Assembly: GCA_002811645.1 (NCBI GenBank)
Contig: PDIP01000005.1
Location: forward strand, 7,345-71,344
Source of the DNA: Corallochytrium limacisporum Hawaii
Lineage: Eukaryota; Protista; Pluriformea
Direction: 5' to 3'
DNA length: 64,000 nucleotides
The notes under the pieces were generated by a model that saw nothing but the letters and a program-made list of their open reading frames with translations, was not told the origin of the DNA and made no database searches. Shown piece by piece: positions 44,703 through 54,724 of the stretch (position 1 is its first letter; each line of letters opens with the position of its first letter). Position numbers and translations under genes: made by a program.

Positions 44703-45453
44703 ATGTGTTGAGTCACCGTGAAGACGAACCCCCCCCCTAGTGTGCCTTGATCACTTTCTCTGACCTCTGGGCCGTTCAAAATGTTTCCATACTACGTTCT
44801 GGTTAGATCATAGATTTGTGTTTCCTTCAACTCTATGCCAATAAATGTCTATTCATCAATCATGTTCCCATGAGAACACGTCCTGTGGTGTGCTACATTC
44901 AGCCCGTGAGTTAGATAGCATGCATGGTGCGTGTCATGCTTCTCTCCGAGGAAATGTACATGCCGTGACGGCAGAAACGGAAGTGCGAAATTGAAATTTT
45001 GTGTTTATTGGCGGTTCTGGTTTTAAGTCTCCTCTGTCAATGGAAAAGTGACCAAAAAAGTCAAAATAGAAGTCACTCTTACACGATGACCTTCCAAGTG
45101 CCCAACCAATGGATCCCTCACAGATATTGGAACATGTCGTCTCCGTTATCAAATGAGGGGCAATGTAGCCAAAGCCCTAAAGAACTTTCCCACCAGCTTG
45201 CTGTAGGCTGCTGCTCTAAACTCTGTGAGCCCTTCAGTTGCATCCAACTCCTGTGTCAAATTGTTCAAAACTTGACTTTGCCCCTCTCTGTACTGTGAAC
45301 ATGAACAAAAAAGAAACGTCTCGTTTGGTTCTCTGTCAAAGGATCCGCGTTGGAAATGACTTATGGCAATGTGTTCCCTCTTGTCCTTCTCATTCCATTG
45401 TCATGTTGTACCATGCTTGGTATGTTTCTTCGTTTCTTTTCGTTTCGGTTTCT

Positions 45454-46545
45454 TTACAGAGTCTGAGTAGGGTTATTCAACGCACCAACGTGCTGTTGGG
45501 GCGGTGGTGCCATTTGCACAGACTGCCTCATCTGCAGAGTCTGACGCAACTGCATGTTTTCCGTGTAGAGCTGCTGCAAGTGTTTCTTTAGGTATTTGAT
45601 ATAAGCCGTCGACTTGTTCAGAATTTCCAGTTTTGAAATCTTCTCCCGACAGTTCGGCAGCTGTGCTGTCAGGTCGTCGAAGGCATGGCTCATGAGCTTA
45701 CGACGACGCTGTTCATTCTGCACATGTAACTCACGGCGGCGCTTCGGTTGTGAATCATCCGCACTGCGGCGAGTACCGGCACCGCTACCGCGGCTGCTGG
45801 TCGGTGGTGTTGCAACGGAACCAGGAGTACTGGGTTTGCCTTCATCTTTGACCTGGACCGTACCAGGTGGTGCACTCGCCCGGTTTGCGGCGGCCACGGC
45901 CTCGTGTGCGGCACTGATGGATGCCTTTGTTGAGTTCGGCAGTGACACGTTGTCCAGACTGCCCATGTTCGTGGAGCTGTCCCATCCACTGCCACGGGAA
46001 ATTTCCGAGACCCGTTCGCCTCCCTGAGGGGGCGGCGGTCCGTTGACACCAAACGGGTTGTTGAAATCGTAAGACCCCTTTGTGTCACTACCGGAACTCT
46101 GGCCAGCGCCCGGGGGGAAGCTACCTCCTTGGGCATGCGGGGGAATTTCGTTGAACTTGAGGAGGATGTCCATTGCATCGGACAGCCTACGCACGGCATT
46201 GTCACCGCCGGTTTCATTGGCTTGCAGCTGACCGGGTTTCTTGTCTCCACCCATGTTGTCTCCTGCGTTCATGCCCATATTACCCAAAAGGTCATCGACC
46301 AGCTGTCCCTGACCGCCGCCGTTGGAACTGGGAGCATTCGGGTGTTGCTCCTGGTCCAGCAGACCGTAATTCATGAGTGAGTCATTGTCTTCCTCGCCAC
46401 CAGCGTACCCGGTGAACTGCGATAGAAGTTCATTGGGAATGGCAGCAGGTAACGAAATACTCCGCTTCCTGCGCTGACGACTATAGTGCTCGAACGAGTT
46501 CGGCGACAGATTGGGGTTGCCGCCTGCTCCGCTATTGTGAAACAT
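45454..46545 (-). CDS. bHLH-leucine zipper transcription factor (Mlx/Max/Ino4-like)
   Basis: RRELHVQNEQRRR..AFDDL..LP..KISKLEILNKSTAYIKYL plus zipper. First ATG is at 46545; the track start 46584 is a TTG. Confidence 0.88.
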   Translation of the reverse strand: MFHNSGAGGNPNLSPNSFEHYSRQRRKRSISLPAAIPNELLSQFTGYAGGEEDNDSLMNYGLLDQEQHPNAPSSNGGGQGQLVDDLLGNMGMNAGDNMGGDKKPGQLQANETGGDNAVRRLSDAMDILLKFNEIPPHAQGGSFPPGAGQSSGSDTKGSYDFNNPFGVNGPPPPQGGERVSEISRGSGWDSSTNMGSLDNVSLPNSTKASISAAHEAVAAANRASAPPGTVQVKDEGKPSTPGSVATPPTSSRGSGAGTRRSADDSQPKRRRELHVQNEQRRRKLMSHAFDDLTAQLPNCREKISKLEILNKSTAYIKYLKKHLQQLYTENMQLRQTLQMRQSVQMAPPPQQHVGALNNPTQTL

Positions 46546-46696
46546 GATGGACAAGCCCTTTCTTGTTTCCTCCTCTTTGGACAAGTAGAATTCTGTAACT
46601 TATTGCGCGATACGTTGTAATGCGTTGCTTTCTGGTTGCGACCTTCGTAAAACAAAGAAGTCTCGAATACACAGGCTGCCTTCGAGAGATCTAGTT

Positions 46697-46754
46697 CTGA
46701 ATGAAATAGAAATTTGTTTCAGTAACCTAACGCTTCCGTCAACTCATTCTTTAC
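46697..46754 (-). other. Candidate 5'-UTR intron of the bHLH-ZIP gene
   Basis: TAG|GTAAAG..TTTCTATTTCATTCAG, 58 nt with a clear polypyrimidine tract. Confidence 0.4.
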
Positions 46755-47174
46755 CTAACCTTAATTAGGGATGTGCAACTGAAGATTTTAAAAGTAACCG
46801 TAATGAAGTGCTCAAACCACAGACCTTTTTTGCCCAACAAATACGTGCTTGAGAAGCGCTGAATACCTAACAGCAGATTAAGTCGTCAATAGCTCCTATC
46901 AATTATACTAATACACTGTTTGTCTCTCCTTTCTTTGTTGGCATCTTGCTTAGTCTACTTGTTACTGTAAATGAAACTATTAGGTACAGCGTTCCAAAGA
47001 GAGACTACAACCCCCAAGAGAACACAGGTGTCCAAAGCCTCCAGCAAGGCAGCTCCTTTTGGGACTCCAAAAAAACGAAGACGAGGCAGGGTCACGACGA
47101 CGACGCACCGGTACGCTTTTGCTCGCATTCATCGCAGTACATCCAGTGCCTGTTCTCTCAAATCCCACTGCCTT

Positions 47175-47400
47175 CCCTCTCTCTCTCTCTCTCTCTCTCT
47201 TGTCTCTGGCGCTCCCTCTCTCCCTCTCTCTCGTTCTCGGTGCCCTATATCTGTCAACCCTGTCTCTTTCGCACATTTTCGATTCACTCTTGGCTCCCCT
47301 CTCTCTCTCTCTCTCTCTCTCGCTCTCTCTCTCTCTCGCTCTCTCTCTCTCTCGCGGGGTCTCTCTCTCTCTCTCTCTCTCCGTCCTTCCCTCTCTCTTC
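47175..47400. repeat. Compound (CT)n microsatellite tract
   Basis: Several long CT runs. Confidence 0.95.
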
Positions 47401-47817
47401 TTTCTTCCCTTCCCTCTTTCGTCTCTTCTGCACGTTCCCGGTCAATCGGGTTGTCCGTTTGGGGATCACGAAACAATACTCGGACTTTTACGAGCCGGTG
47501 TGCCGCCTCCCTAGATTTTCCCTCTCTCTGCGTGCAATTTTGCCCATTCCCCGGTTTTCTTTCGGGGAAGCACGAGTATTGCGAACGGAGAATGCCCCAA
47601 ACCGCCAGAGCCTCAAGACTGTGGTTTTTGGGTGTTTTGTGCAGCGCTTGAGAAAACTGATGCAAAAGATTACACTGTTACAGTGGTTTCTTGTCCCTCC
47701 TAAGAGCTCGGTCCATAGAGAATAAGTGGAGAAAAAGGGAACCACTGTGGAATAAGTTTGTGGGCGGGGCAGCGAACGGATCGGGAGGGTGCCCTGAAAC
47801 AGAAAGTGAGAGAGAGA

Positions 47818-47868
47818 GAAGAAGAAGAAGAAGAAGAAGAAGAAGAAGAAGAAGAAGAAGAAGAAGAA
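47818..47868. repeat. (GAA)17 trinucleotide repeat followed by poly-G
   Basis: Read directly from the sequence. Confidence 0.95.
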
Positions 47869-50542
47869 GGGGAGGGGGGGGGGGGGCCGGGAACCAAAAA
47901 CCTCCGGAATGTAAGGCAACCAGGTCCTAGTACACACACACACACCCTCTTGCCCCGTTTTTGTGAAATCTCGCAAAGACAAAATGGGTATCATAGAAAA
48001 TATGCCAGTGCACGCCAGCCGCTGCCGCTGCCGCTCGCACCTTCGGTATGTCAGCTAAAAATAAGAACGAGACCTCATCACAAACCGGAGATATGGAGAG
48101 GAGAAAAAGAATACAAACGAGACCGGACACCCTAAGGAAAAAATTGGAAGGGGGAGGGGCAGGGGGGAGGACTGCCAACTTGGCCCAAAANNNNNNNNNN
48201 NNNNNNNNNNNNNNNNNNNGGGGGGGAAGAGAGGGAAATTCCTTTTTGTCCCGGTGTGGTCAAAGGAGAAGGGAGAGAGTGAGAGAGACGGGGGACCCCG
48301 ACTTTAGACAAAAGGCTCTTCTGTGGCCAGAGAAGCAACACACACACAAGCCTTGCTTTTTTGTGGGATTAGTCATAGTCAGTACTGAACAAAGGCAGAA
48401 AAGAACAACCAGTGCGTTGATTCCGATAGCAGCTTCTATTCATACATACCTCATTTAGATCTCAGTCGCCTTGTCATATCAGATCACAATAATAAATAAA
48501 TATACACTTCCAGCCTATTTAGGGTGCCCTGTCTATCTATGAGAATCAAAGACCAGAATAAGAAATACATTGTGGCATTTTTGTAACCTATATATTTTGG
48601 AATATGTGTAAAGTATCAACAATTCTACATATATTTACTATAGAGTTAATATTAATCTTGGTGATATGACCACTGTATTTCCATCCGTGTCGTCCATGAA
48701 CCCACTCACCATGGCGCCACTTACAAAAATAGATAGTCCCCAAATCCCCTTCGCCAAATGCAAGGAATGGTGAAAAAAAAACAAAGAAAAATGGGTTTAC
48801 AGGGCTCCATAGTGTACTACCACAGATACGGGTAACTTTTTTGTCTCTGACGGACCGGGCGAGAACGGCTGTTTTGGCACCGCGGAGCGAACCAAACCTT
48901 TTTAGCCCATCCGGACCAGAGGCTACCCCCAATCCCAGTGCCCCGGTGCCGGAGAATAATGCTGATGGTGAAGCGTGCCATTTTTTCTCCTTAATATTCA
49001 GTACTGGAATTGCAGCTAGGAAAAGGATGCTGACAAAATTCGAATACCGGTGCCGCTCTTCCCCTTTGGCTTTGAAAGGGAGAAAATCCATGACCCGAAA
49101 AGAACGTTGCGTCATCGAGAAATTTTGCGTTTTCTCTTTGGGTCTTTTTCCTCCCGGTTTTGTTCTCTCTCTCCCCCCCCCAACCCCGCGCGCTTCGCAA
49201 AAGAACCGCGCAAGAAAAAAAAATACAAAAGTACCGCGTTCCAATTTAGAATGAGGAGGAGACTGGGAGGACCGCCCCCGGACCAGGTCGTCTTCCCGCA
49301 CTATAGCGATACATGTTATATAGTAAGGTAGCATAACTTTGGGGTTCATCAAGAGCAACAAGGAAGAAGGCGGGAGAAAATCGGAATGCCAAAAAAAAAA
49401 CAGCCAGTATCAGTCCTTTCTACGCAACGAAGCACGTCTTCGGCATAGCTAAGGAATGGGAAAAACCCGATGCCCTGTTGATTCTGGTCAATTGGAGAGA
49501 AAAACGGACCCAATGCTGTGCAAGATAACGCACAAACACAGCGATATGAATCGGATATCGATAACCTTGAATTGGATTTGGGTGAGGGAGAGCACGATGA
49601 ATTATAAGTACTAATACTGTGGATACGAATTGATCGAGACTGCCCGAACGGGCCCTGCGGCGATGGGGGAGTGGATTGCTGTGTGTTGTGATGCTGTCCG
49701 TGTGCTCTCTCGGCTCCCTCTTGTGGTAGGGAGTTAGTTGGTAGCGATGAACAACGGTGAAGTCCCTATATATTTAGTATGGAATTTGCCGGCCCGGAGC
49801 CTTCGGACCATTTTTGTGCACAGACCAAATACGCCCCTACTTCTTTTCTAGAATGTCCTGCTCCAGCCCTTGACCTGATGACGGTGATGTGTGCCAGGCG
49901 TTTGATCGGCCCTATACTCTCACTATGGAAATATGATCGCCACTGCCACTGATTGGTTACATTTTCTCTCCCCCCCCTTCTGCCTCGCTCTTTCTCTCTC
50001 GGACTCTTCGCATTCTCTATCTGTGTGTATCTAGGTTTTGCCTTCAATTCGCCAATAGCACACTCTCACACCACGACCACTCTCTCCCCAGCTGGAACCG
50101 CACAGGTTTCTCTCATTCTCAGTACCTACTGCCCCACCTGTTGGCGATGGCCATCTTTCTGCCAACGTTGACACAATCACAAAAACCTCGCACCGTTTGT
50201 TGTTGTTCGCCACATGTTGTTCCCTTTGGCCATCCAAGATGCTGACCGCCGTTGTTACAATTGTGTCCAGCTTCGTGAAATCGACATGAGGCGAATTAAA
50301 GCCAGAAAGAAACCTCTTGGGACGATCTATAGCTGCTGATAATCGGTGAGTGTACTCAATGTATCCGAGCACACCCGTCAATATGCAAAATCGATTTTTT
50401 TCATGGCCGAGAGGAGTTCACAAAAAGCGGACCAAGAGAGAAATGGGTGCGATAGTTGTATAATAGTGTAAGCTGTGTTGCGCAAGGATTAAATGCTTAT
50501 ACTAATTAGGAGAAAGTCCACAAAGATTTTCTCCATATATAT

Positions 50543-50658
50543 TTCTCTCTCTCTTTCTTTCTTTCTTTCTCTCTCTCTCTCTCTCCCTCTCTCTCTCTTT
50601 CTTTCTTTCTCTCTCCCTCTCTCTCACTCTCTCTCTCTCTGTCTCTCTCTCTGTCTCT
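50543..50658. repeat. (CT)n/(CTTT)n microsatellite
   Basis: Read directly from the sequence. Confidence 0.95.
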
Positions 50659-51953
50659 TTGTGCCCGTCTGTACCACCTCCCACCCCCCCATCCCTCCCC
50701 TTTCCCTGTCCTCGCGGCGGCTCTCGCAGTGGCGCGCGCCTTTTTTGGCGACGGCCAGAGTTGTGTCGGGGCCTCTTTTACCCGTTCACGAGCGGTATGT
50801 CGAGTATGGGTTGGGAAGGGCTTGGGGGTGGTACCCTCATAGTGAGGAAGGTTGGAAAGCGGTGTCTGGTGAGTCGGCCGGAGGGTGGCAGCAAACTTAC
50901 ACTACTGAAAAGCCTTAGGGGGGGCAGCTAACTGGGACCCCCCCCGGGGGCATTGATCGTGCTGTGCAGCCAGGGATGGAGCACACCCGGCTGCACCGCT
51001 GCCTTTGTGGGGTGCTCATAGTGAGTGTACCCAGTTCTGTACGGGCCCCGGTCCTTGGGTAAGGGATGAAAAAGCAAGAAGAAACACTCCACCCCCCCCC
51101 CCCCCGGGGCTTCCCCCTTCCGCTCGTAAAGCACACGAATTTCATTCCAACACGCACCACCGACACGGGGTTGGACTGAATTCAAATTAACGATTATAAT
51201 TCGGAAAGTTAGTGTATCAGTTTTACGCCAAGGATTGTAAAAGAGCCCCCCCCCGGGGGACCCCTTTTTTTGCTGGAGGTTCCGACACTTTGAAAACTTG
51301 GGGCTACGCTGGGGTGGTTGGGCTATGCAACTACGCCTTTAATTGAGAGAATGCGGGGCATTTCTTGCGGGGGGACACAGGCCAACCAACCTTGCGGTAC
51401 TTTCAGTCAGCTCATATTGTATGGCGGCGGGCCGTTCTCGTTGAGTTCAACATGGCATGAGGAAAGTGAGAGAGGCGGGATTCGGGCCAAAACGTAGGGG
51501 CTAATACCTTTGGGCCGCCTTTGTTTTGTTTGTGCAGGTAGGCCCCAGTACTAAACAACCGAACTCGTGTGCTGTGGGGAGAGAGTGTGTGTACTGAATG
51601 ACTGAGGGAGGGGGGGGGAAGAGCCCTTTCCACAACAGACGGCCCTCAGTCCATCGTTCTATGGTGCGGGGTGGTGTACGTGTGGGATAGGCTAGGGAAG
51701 GACCAGAAGTACGGCACGACGGTTCGTAGTGGCTTATAGCTTTTGTTACACCTGGAGAGGCGTGATAATACGTTTCATGTGCCCCCGAATTTGCTATCTT
51801 TCTGTCTTTCTGTATGGACTACGCATATAGTTTATGTCAAAACCATTCGCACGAAATGCTATTTGGACATATGACGAATCCTGTGCAGACGCCACAGGTT
51901 GTTTACGCTTAGAACATCCGGTATTAGTATACTTCTAAGAGTTCCAAGAAATC

Positions 51954-52172
51954 ATGTCCGTCCTCCGGAACATCAGCAACGGTCTTTCCTTCCTGCTCAA
52001 GAAAGAGCCTGCTCTGTGGCCTCTGTTCGCCTGTGTTGGTGCTGGAGTCACCTACGGTACCTACCATTTGGCATTCAAGCTTCCCAACAAGAACGATGTC
52101 ATTCTGTACCACCGCAAAGACCCTCACGCTTGGAACCGCGGCTACGACCGGTCATACAACGATGAGGCTTAA
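51954..52172 (+). CDS. NDUFA4: NDUFA4/COXFA4 (B12D/MLRQ family) respiratory chain subunit
   Basis: 72 aa; KKEPALWPLFACVGAG..NDV..RKDPHAWN signature. Confidence 0.9.
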   Translation: MSVLRNISNGLSFLLKKEPALWPLFACVGAGVTYGTYHLAFKLPNKNDVILYHRKDPHAWNRGYDRSYNDEA

Positions 52173-52864
52173 GGCAGTTGTTTTGTAATTTTAAGGGAAA
52201 CAAACTGATGTTTTTGAGCTGCGTATTCAAGGGCAGAACCACGTAAGCATTTACAATTTTGGGATCCTTTTAGAGAGTACTCGAAACAAGGGAATCTTGT
52301 GTGATTGAAGATTGTGGCACAGCTCTCTGAGACAGGGCTCAAATCATCCGTGTACTTACTTTGAGTCTAATTCTGTCGATTCGGTTAGTCGTCCTGGGAA
52401 ACATGTGTACAATACTGTATGCACCGGAGTTTGTAGTCTGTCGGTATGTGAGACGGGATTTTGCACAACGCCAAGTCGATGTTGCCGAGCTGTACAGTTT
52501 GCGAAGCCATAGACATTTTAAACACAATAATACATTTTAGCATGCCAAAGGATTTGGCTACACATGTCTCGGTGTTGTCTTTTTGTTGGTTAAAGTGTTA
52601 AATGAAACAAGCGGTGATCCATGCCAGTGGCTAGTATAAGGATGTAAGTTATGGTGCTATAATATGATGCAAGAGCGAAAATTTTTGTGTGTGATGTGAA
52701 TGTGAATGTTTTGTGAAAGGTGCTTGGTTCTCTTGTTGTATGTTTTCATGCTTCAAACGTGAGCCGTAGACTAGAACAATTCCTTAGTGATGTCGGATCG
52801 TTCGTTTGAACAAATGTGCGAGGTTTTCGCCTCGAAGTGATGATGGAGACCATTTGAACCAATT

Positions 52865-54724
52865 CTAAGCGGTGGAAGCAATGGTCTTGTGAGCATGCTG
52901 GCGCTTCAAACCAATACGTTGCAGAATGGCATCCTTAATCATGTCGCGCTCATGAGAAGTGCCACCAAGCAGGTCGCTGTTCTCGTGGGCGCGGCGCAGC
53001 AAGTACGGCAAGACCTCATCGATAGGTCCGTAGGGCACATACTTGTAGGCAGAGTAGCCGTTCTGGCCCAGAGTGAAGGACAGATGATCGGCCATGCCCA
53101 AAAGCTGACCGAAGAAGACTCCTCCGGTCTCGCGGTTGATGTTGTAGCGAGCCATGAGGTCCACGGTTTTCTCCATGGAGGTCTGGTTGTGGGAAGCAAT
53201 CATCAGGTTACTGCGATGGATGTTTCGTAGGACAGTGTCGACACAGTCATCAAAGTTGTCATGGGTGTCCTGCAAGGTGGCGTGGATTGGAGAAGGACGG
53301 CCTTCCTCCTCAGCCAGGCGGCGCTCCAAATGCATGTAGGCACCACGGACCAACTTGGCAGCAAAGTACCAACCTTCGCGACGGGCACGCTCGAGGTCGT
53401 TCTCCAGGCGCTTCTTGGAGTAGGTCAGGTAGCACTGGAAGGTATTAAAGATCAGAGGGAAGTCGCGATTGTAGTCCTGCTGCAGACGGCGAGTAATGTG
53501 GTCAATGGCACCTTGCATGTAGGTCTGTTCGGCATCAATCATGAGACGAACGCGCTTCTCGCGAGCATAGTCGCACACAGCACGCAGACGTAGAATCATG
53601 TTATCCACCAGAGCCGTCTCGTCATCGCTGAGGGTGGGGATGCCTGCGGCCTTCAGGAGCTTGATCAACGGGCTGGTCTCGCTGGTCATGGACTCGATAC
53701 GAATTTGTTCGGTCCAATCCAGATAATCCAGACGACCGTTCTCGTTGTAGTCAAACTGAGTAAAGAGGTTCAGTGCAGTTTGCTCATCCAGCTTCAGACC
53801 CAGGCTCTTCAGACCGGACTGGAACTGTTGGAAGTCAATGGAGTCGTTCTCAGAGTTGCAGAAGTGGTCAAACCAGATCTTACGGGCCTGGAGCACGCTG
53901 CTGCTGACCGCTTGCAGAAGGGAAGGTTTGCCGAGAGCGGTTAGCTTGACAGCGACGAATCCATTGGCCTGCCGACTGGCCGCCTCAATTGCACTCAGGA
54001 AGAGCTCCCGGTTAGCGTCACAGTACGCTTCACCGGCGTAGTCAAACACACGAGCACTAACCACATCTTCACGATGCTGGTCACGAACTTCCATGGCTCC
54101 GCTGCCGTTCATCGTAGCCTCTTCGCCTCCCTTGGCGTCTGCTCCATGGCCCACGTCCGCCTCGGCCGCGTAGTCAAGAATACCGCCGACGCCGCTGGCC
54201 CTGAGGCGCTCCAGACTACCCTGAATGTCATCTGCATCCTGTCCCGCACAGAAATGGTTGAAGAAAGAGTGACGCACAAAGAACAAGGTCACGCTCTTAC
54301 CGAGAATCTTTTCGCTCACGTCCAAAATCTTCTCCGCGTTGTCCACAAAAGGACGGAAGGTACAAATCTTAAAGATGGCCCATGCACGCGCCAGCTCAAA
54401 CAAGGTCTTCGACTTGAAGGCAATGCCCGCATCACCAAAGTCGAGCCGCGTCGGGTTCAAATCCTCGACGCGGACCTGCGGCTGAAGAAGGCGCTGTTCA
54501 AGGCCCCTCAGGTCGGTGGCTGCATTGGGGAAATGGTCAGCGTAAGGAGAGGCGGCTGCGGACTGTTTGGTTGTGTGTCTACCACTGGCATTGAATCGCT
54601 TGAATGCTAAAGGGTGAAGGGTTGCTCGTGCTATCAATAGACCGTTAATACTGCCATTGCTACGAATGGCCTGTGCACCAGTGATGCTGAGTTTCTTTGC
54701 AAGGTGAAGGGTGCTAACCCCCAT
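52865..54724 (-). CDS. PRODH: Mitochondrial proline dehydrogenase with EF-hand insertion
   Basis: 619 aa; HFCAG, ILDYAAE, AVKLTALG, LMIDAEQTYMQ, KLVRGAYM, FGQLLGM, YKYVPYGP..YLLRRAHEN. Confidence 0.96.
   Translation of the reverse strand: MGVSTLHLAKKLSITGAQAIRSNGSINGLLIARATLHPLAFKRFNASGRHTTKQSAAASPYADHFPNAATDLRGLEQRLLQPQVRVEDLNPTRLDFGDAGIAFKSKTLFELARAWAIFKICTFRPFVDNAEKILDVSEKILGKSVTLFFVRHSFFNHFCAGQDADDIQGSLERLRASGVGGILDYAAEADVGHGADAKGGEEATMNGSGAMEVRDQHREDVVSARVFDYAGEAYCDANRELFLSAIEAASRQANGFVAVKLTALGKPSLLQAVSSSVLQARKIWFDHFCNSENDSIDFQQFQSGLKSLGLKLDEQTALNLFTQFDYNENGRLDYLDWTEQIRIESMTSETSPLIKLLKAAGIPTLSDDETALVDNMILRLRAVCDYAREKRVRLMIDAEQTYMQGAIDHITRRLQQDYNRDFPLIFNTFQCYLTYSKKRLENDLERARREGWYFAAKLVRGAYMHLERRLAEEEGRPSPIHATLQDTHDNFDDCVDTVLRNIHRSNLMIASHNQTSMEKTVDLMARYNINRETGGVFFGQLLGMADHLSFTLGQNGYSAYKYVPYGPIDEVLPYLLRRAHENSDLLGGTSHERDMIKDAILQRIGLKRQHAHKTIASTA

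Noticed and set aside
46546-46584. In-frame TTG upstream of the bHLH-ZIP ATG, next to BZW/5MP (a regulator of non-AUG initiation)
   Set aside because: Adds only 13 residues, with an in-frame stop just upstream; adjacency is not evidence
46946-48178. Long ORFs with SLSLSL, RERERE or poly-E/R
   Set aside because: Translations of CT/GA/GAA microsatellites
48588-49361. 257-aa ORF and similar ORFs at 55616-56350 and 1272-1868
   Set aside because: Non-ATG or weak starts, homopolymer-driven composition, no domain; typical spacer DNA
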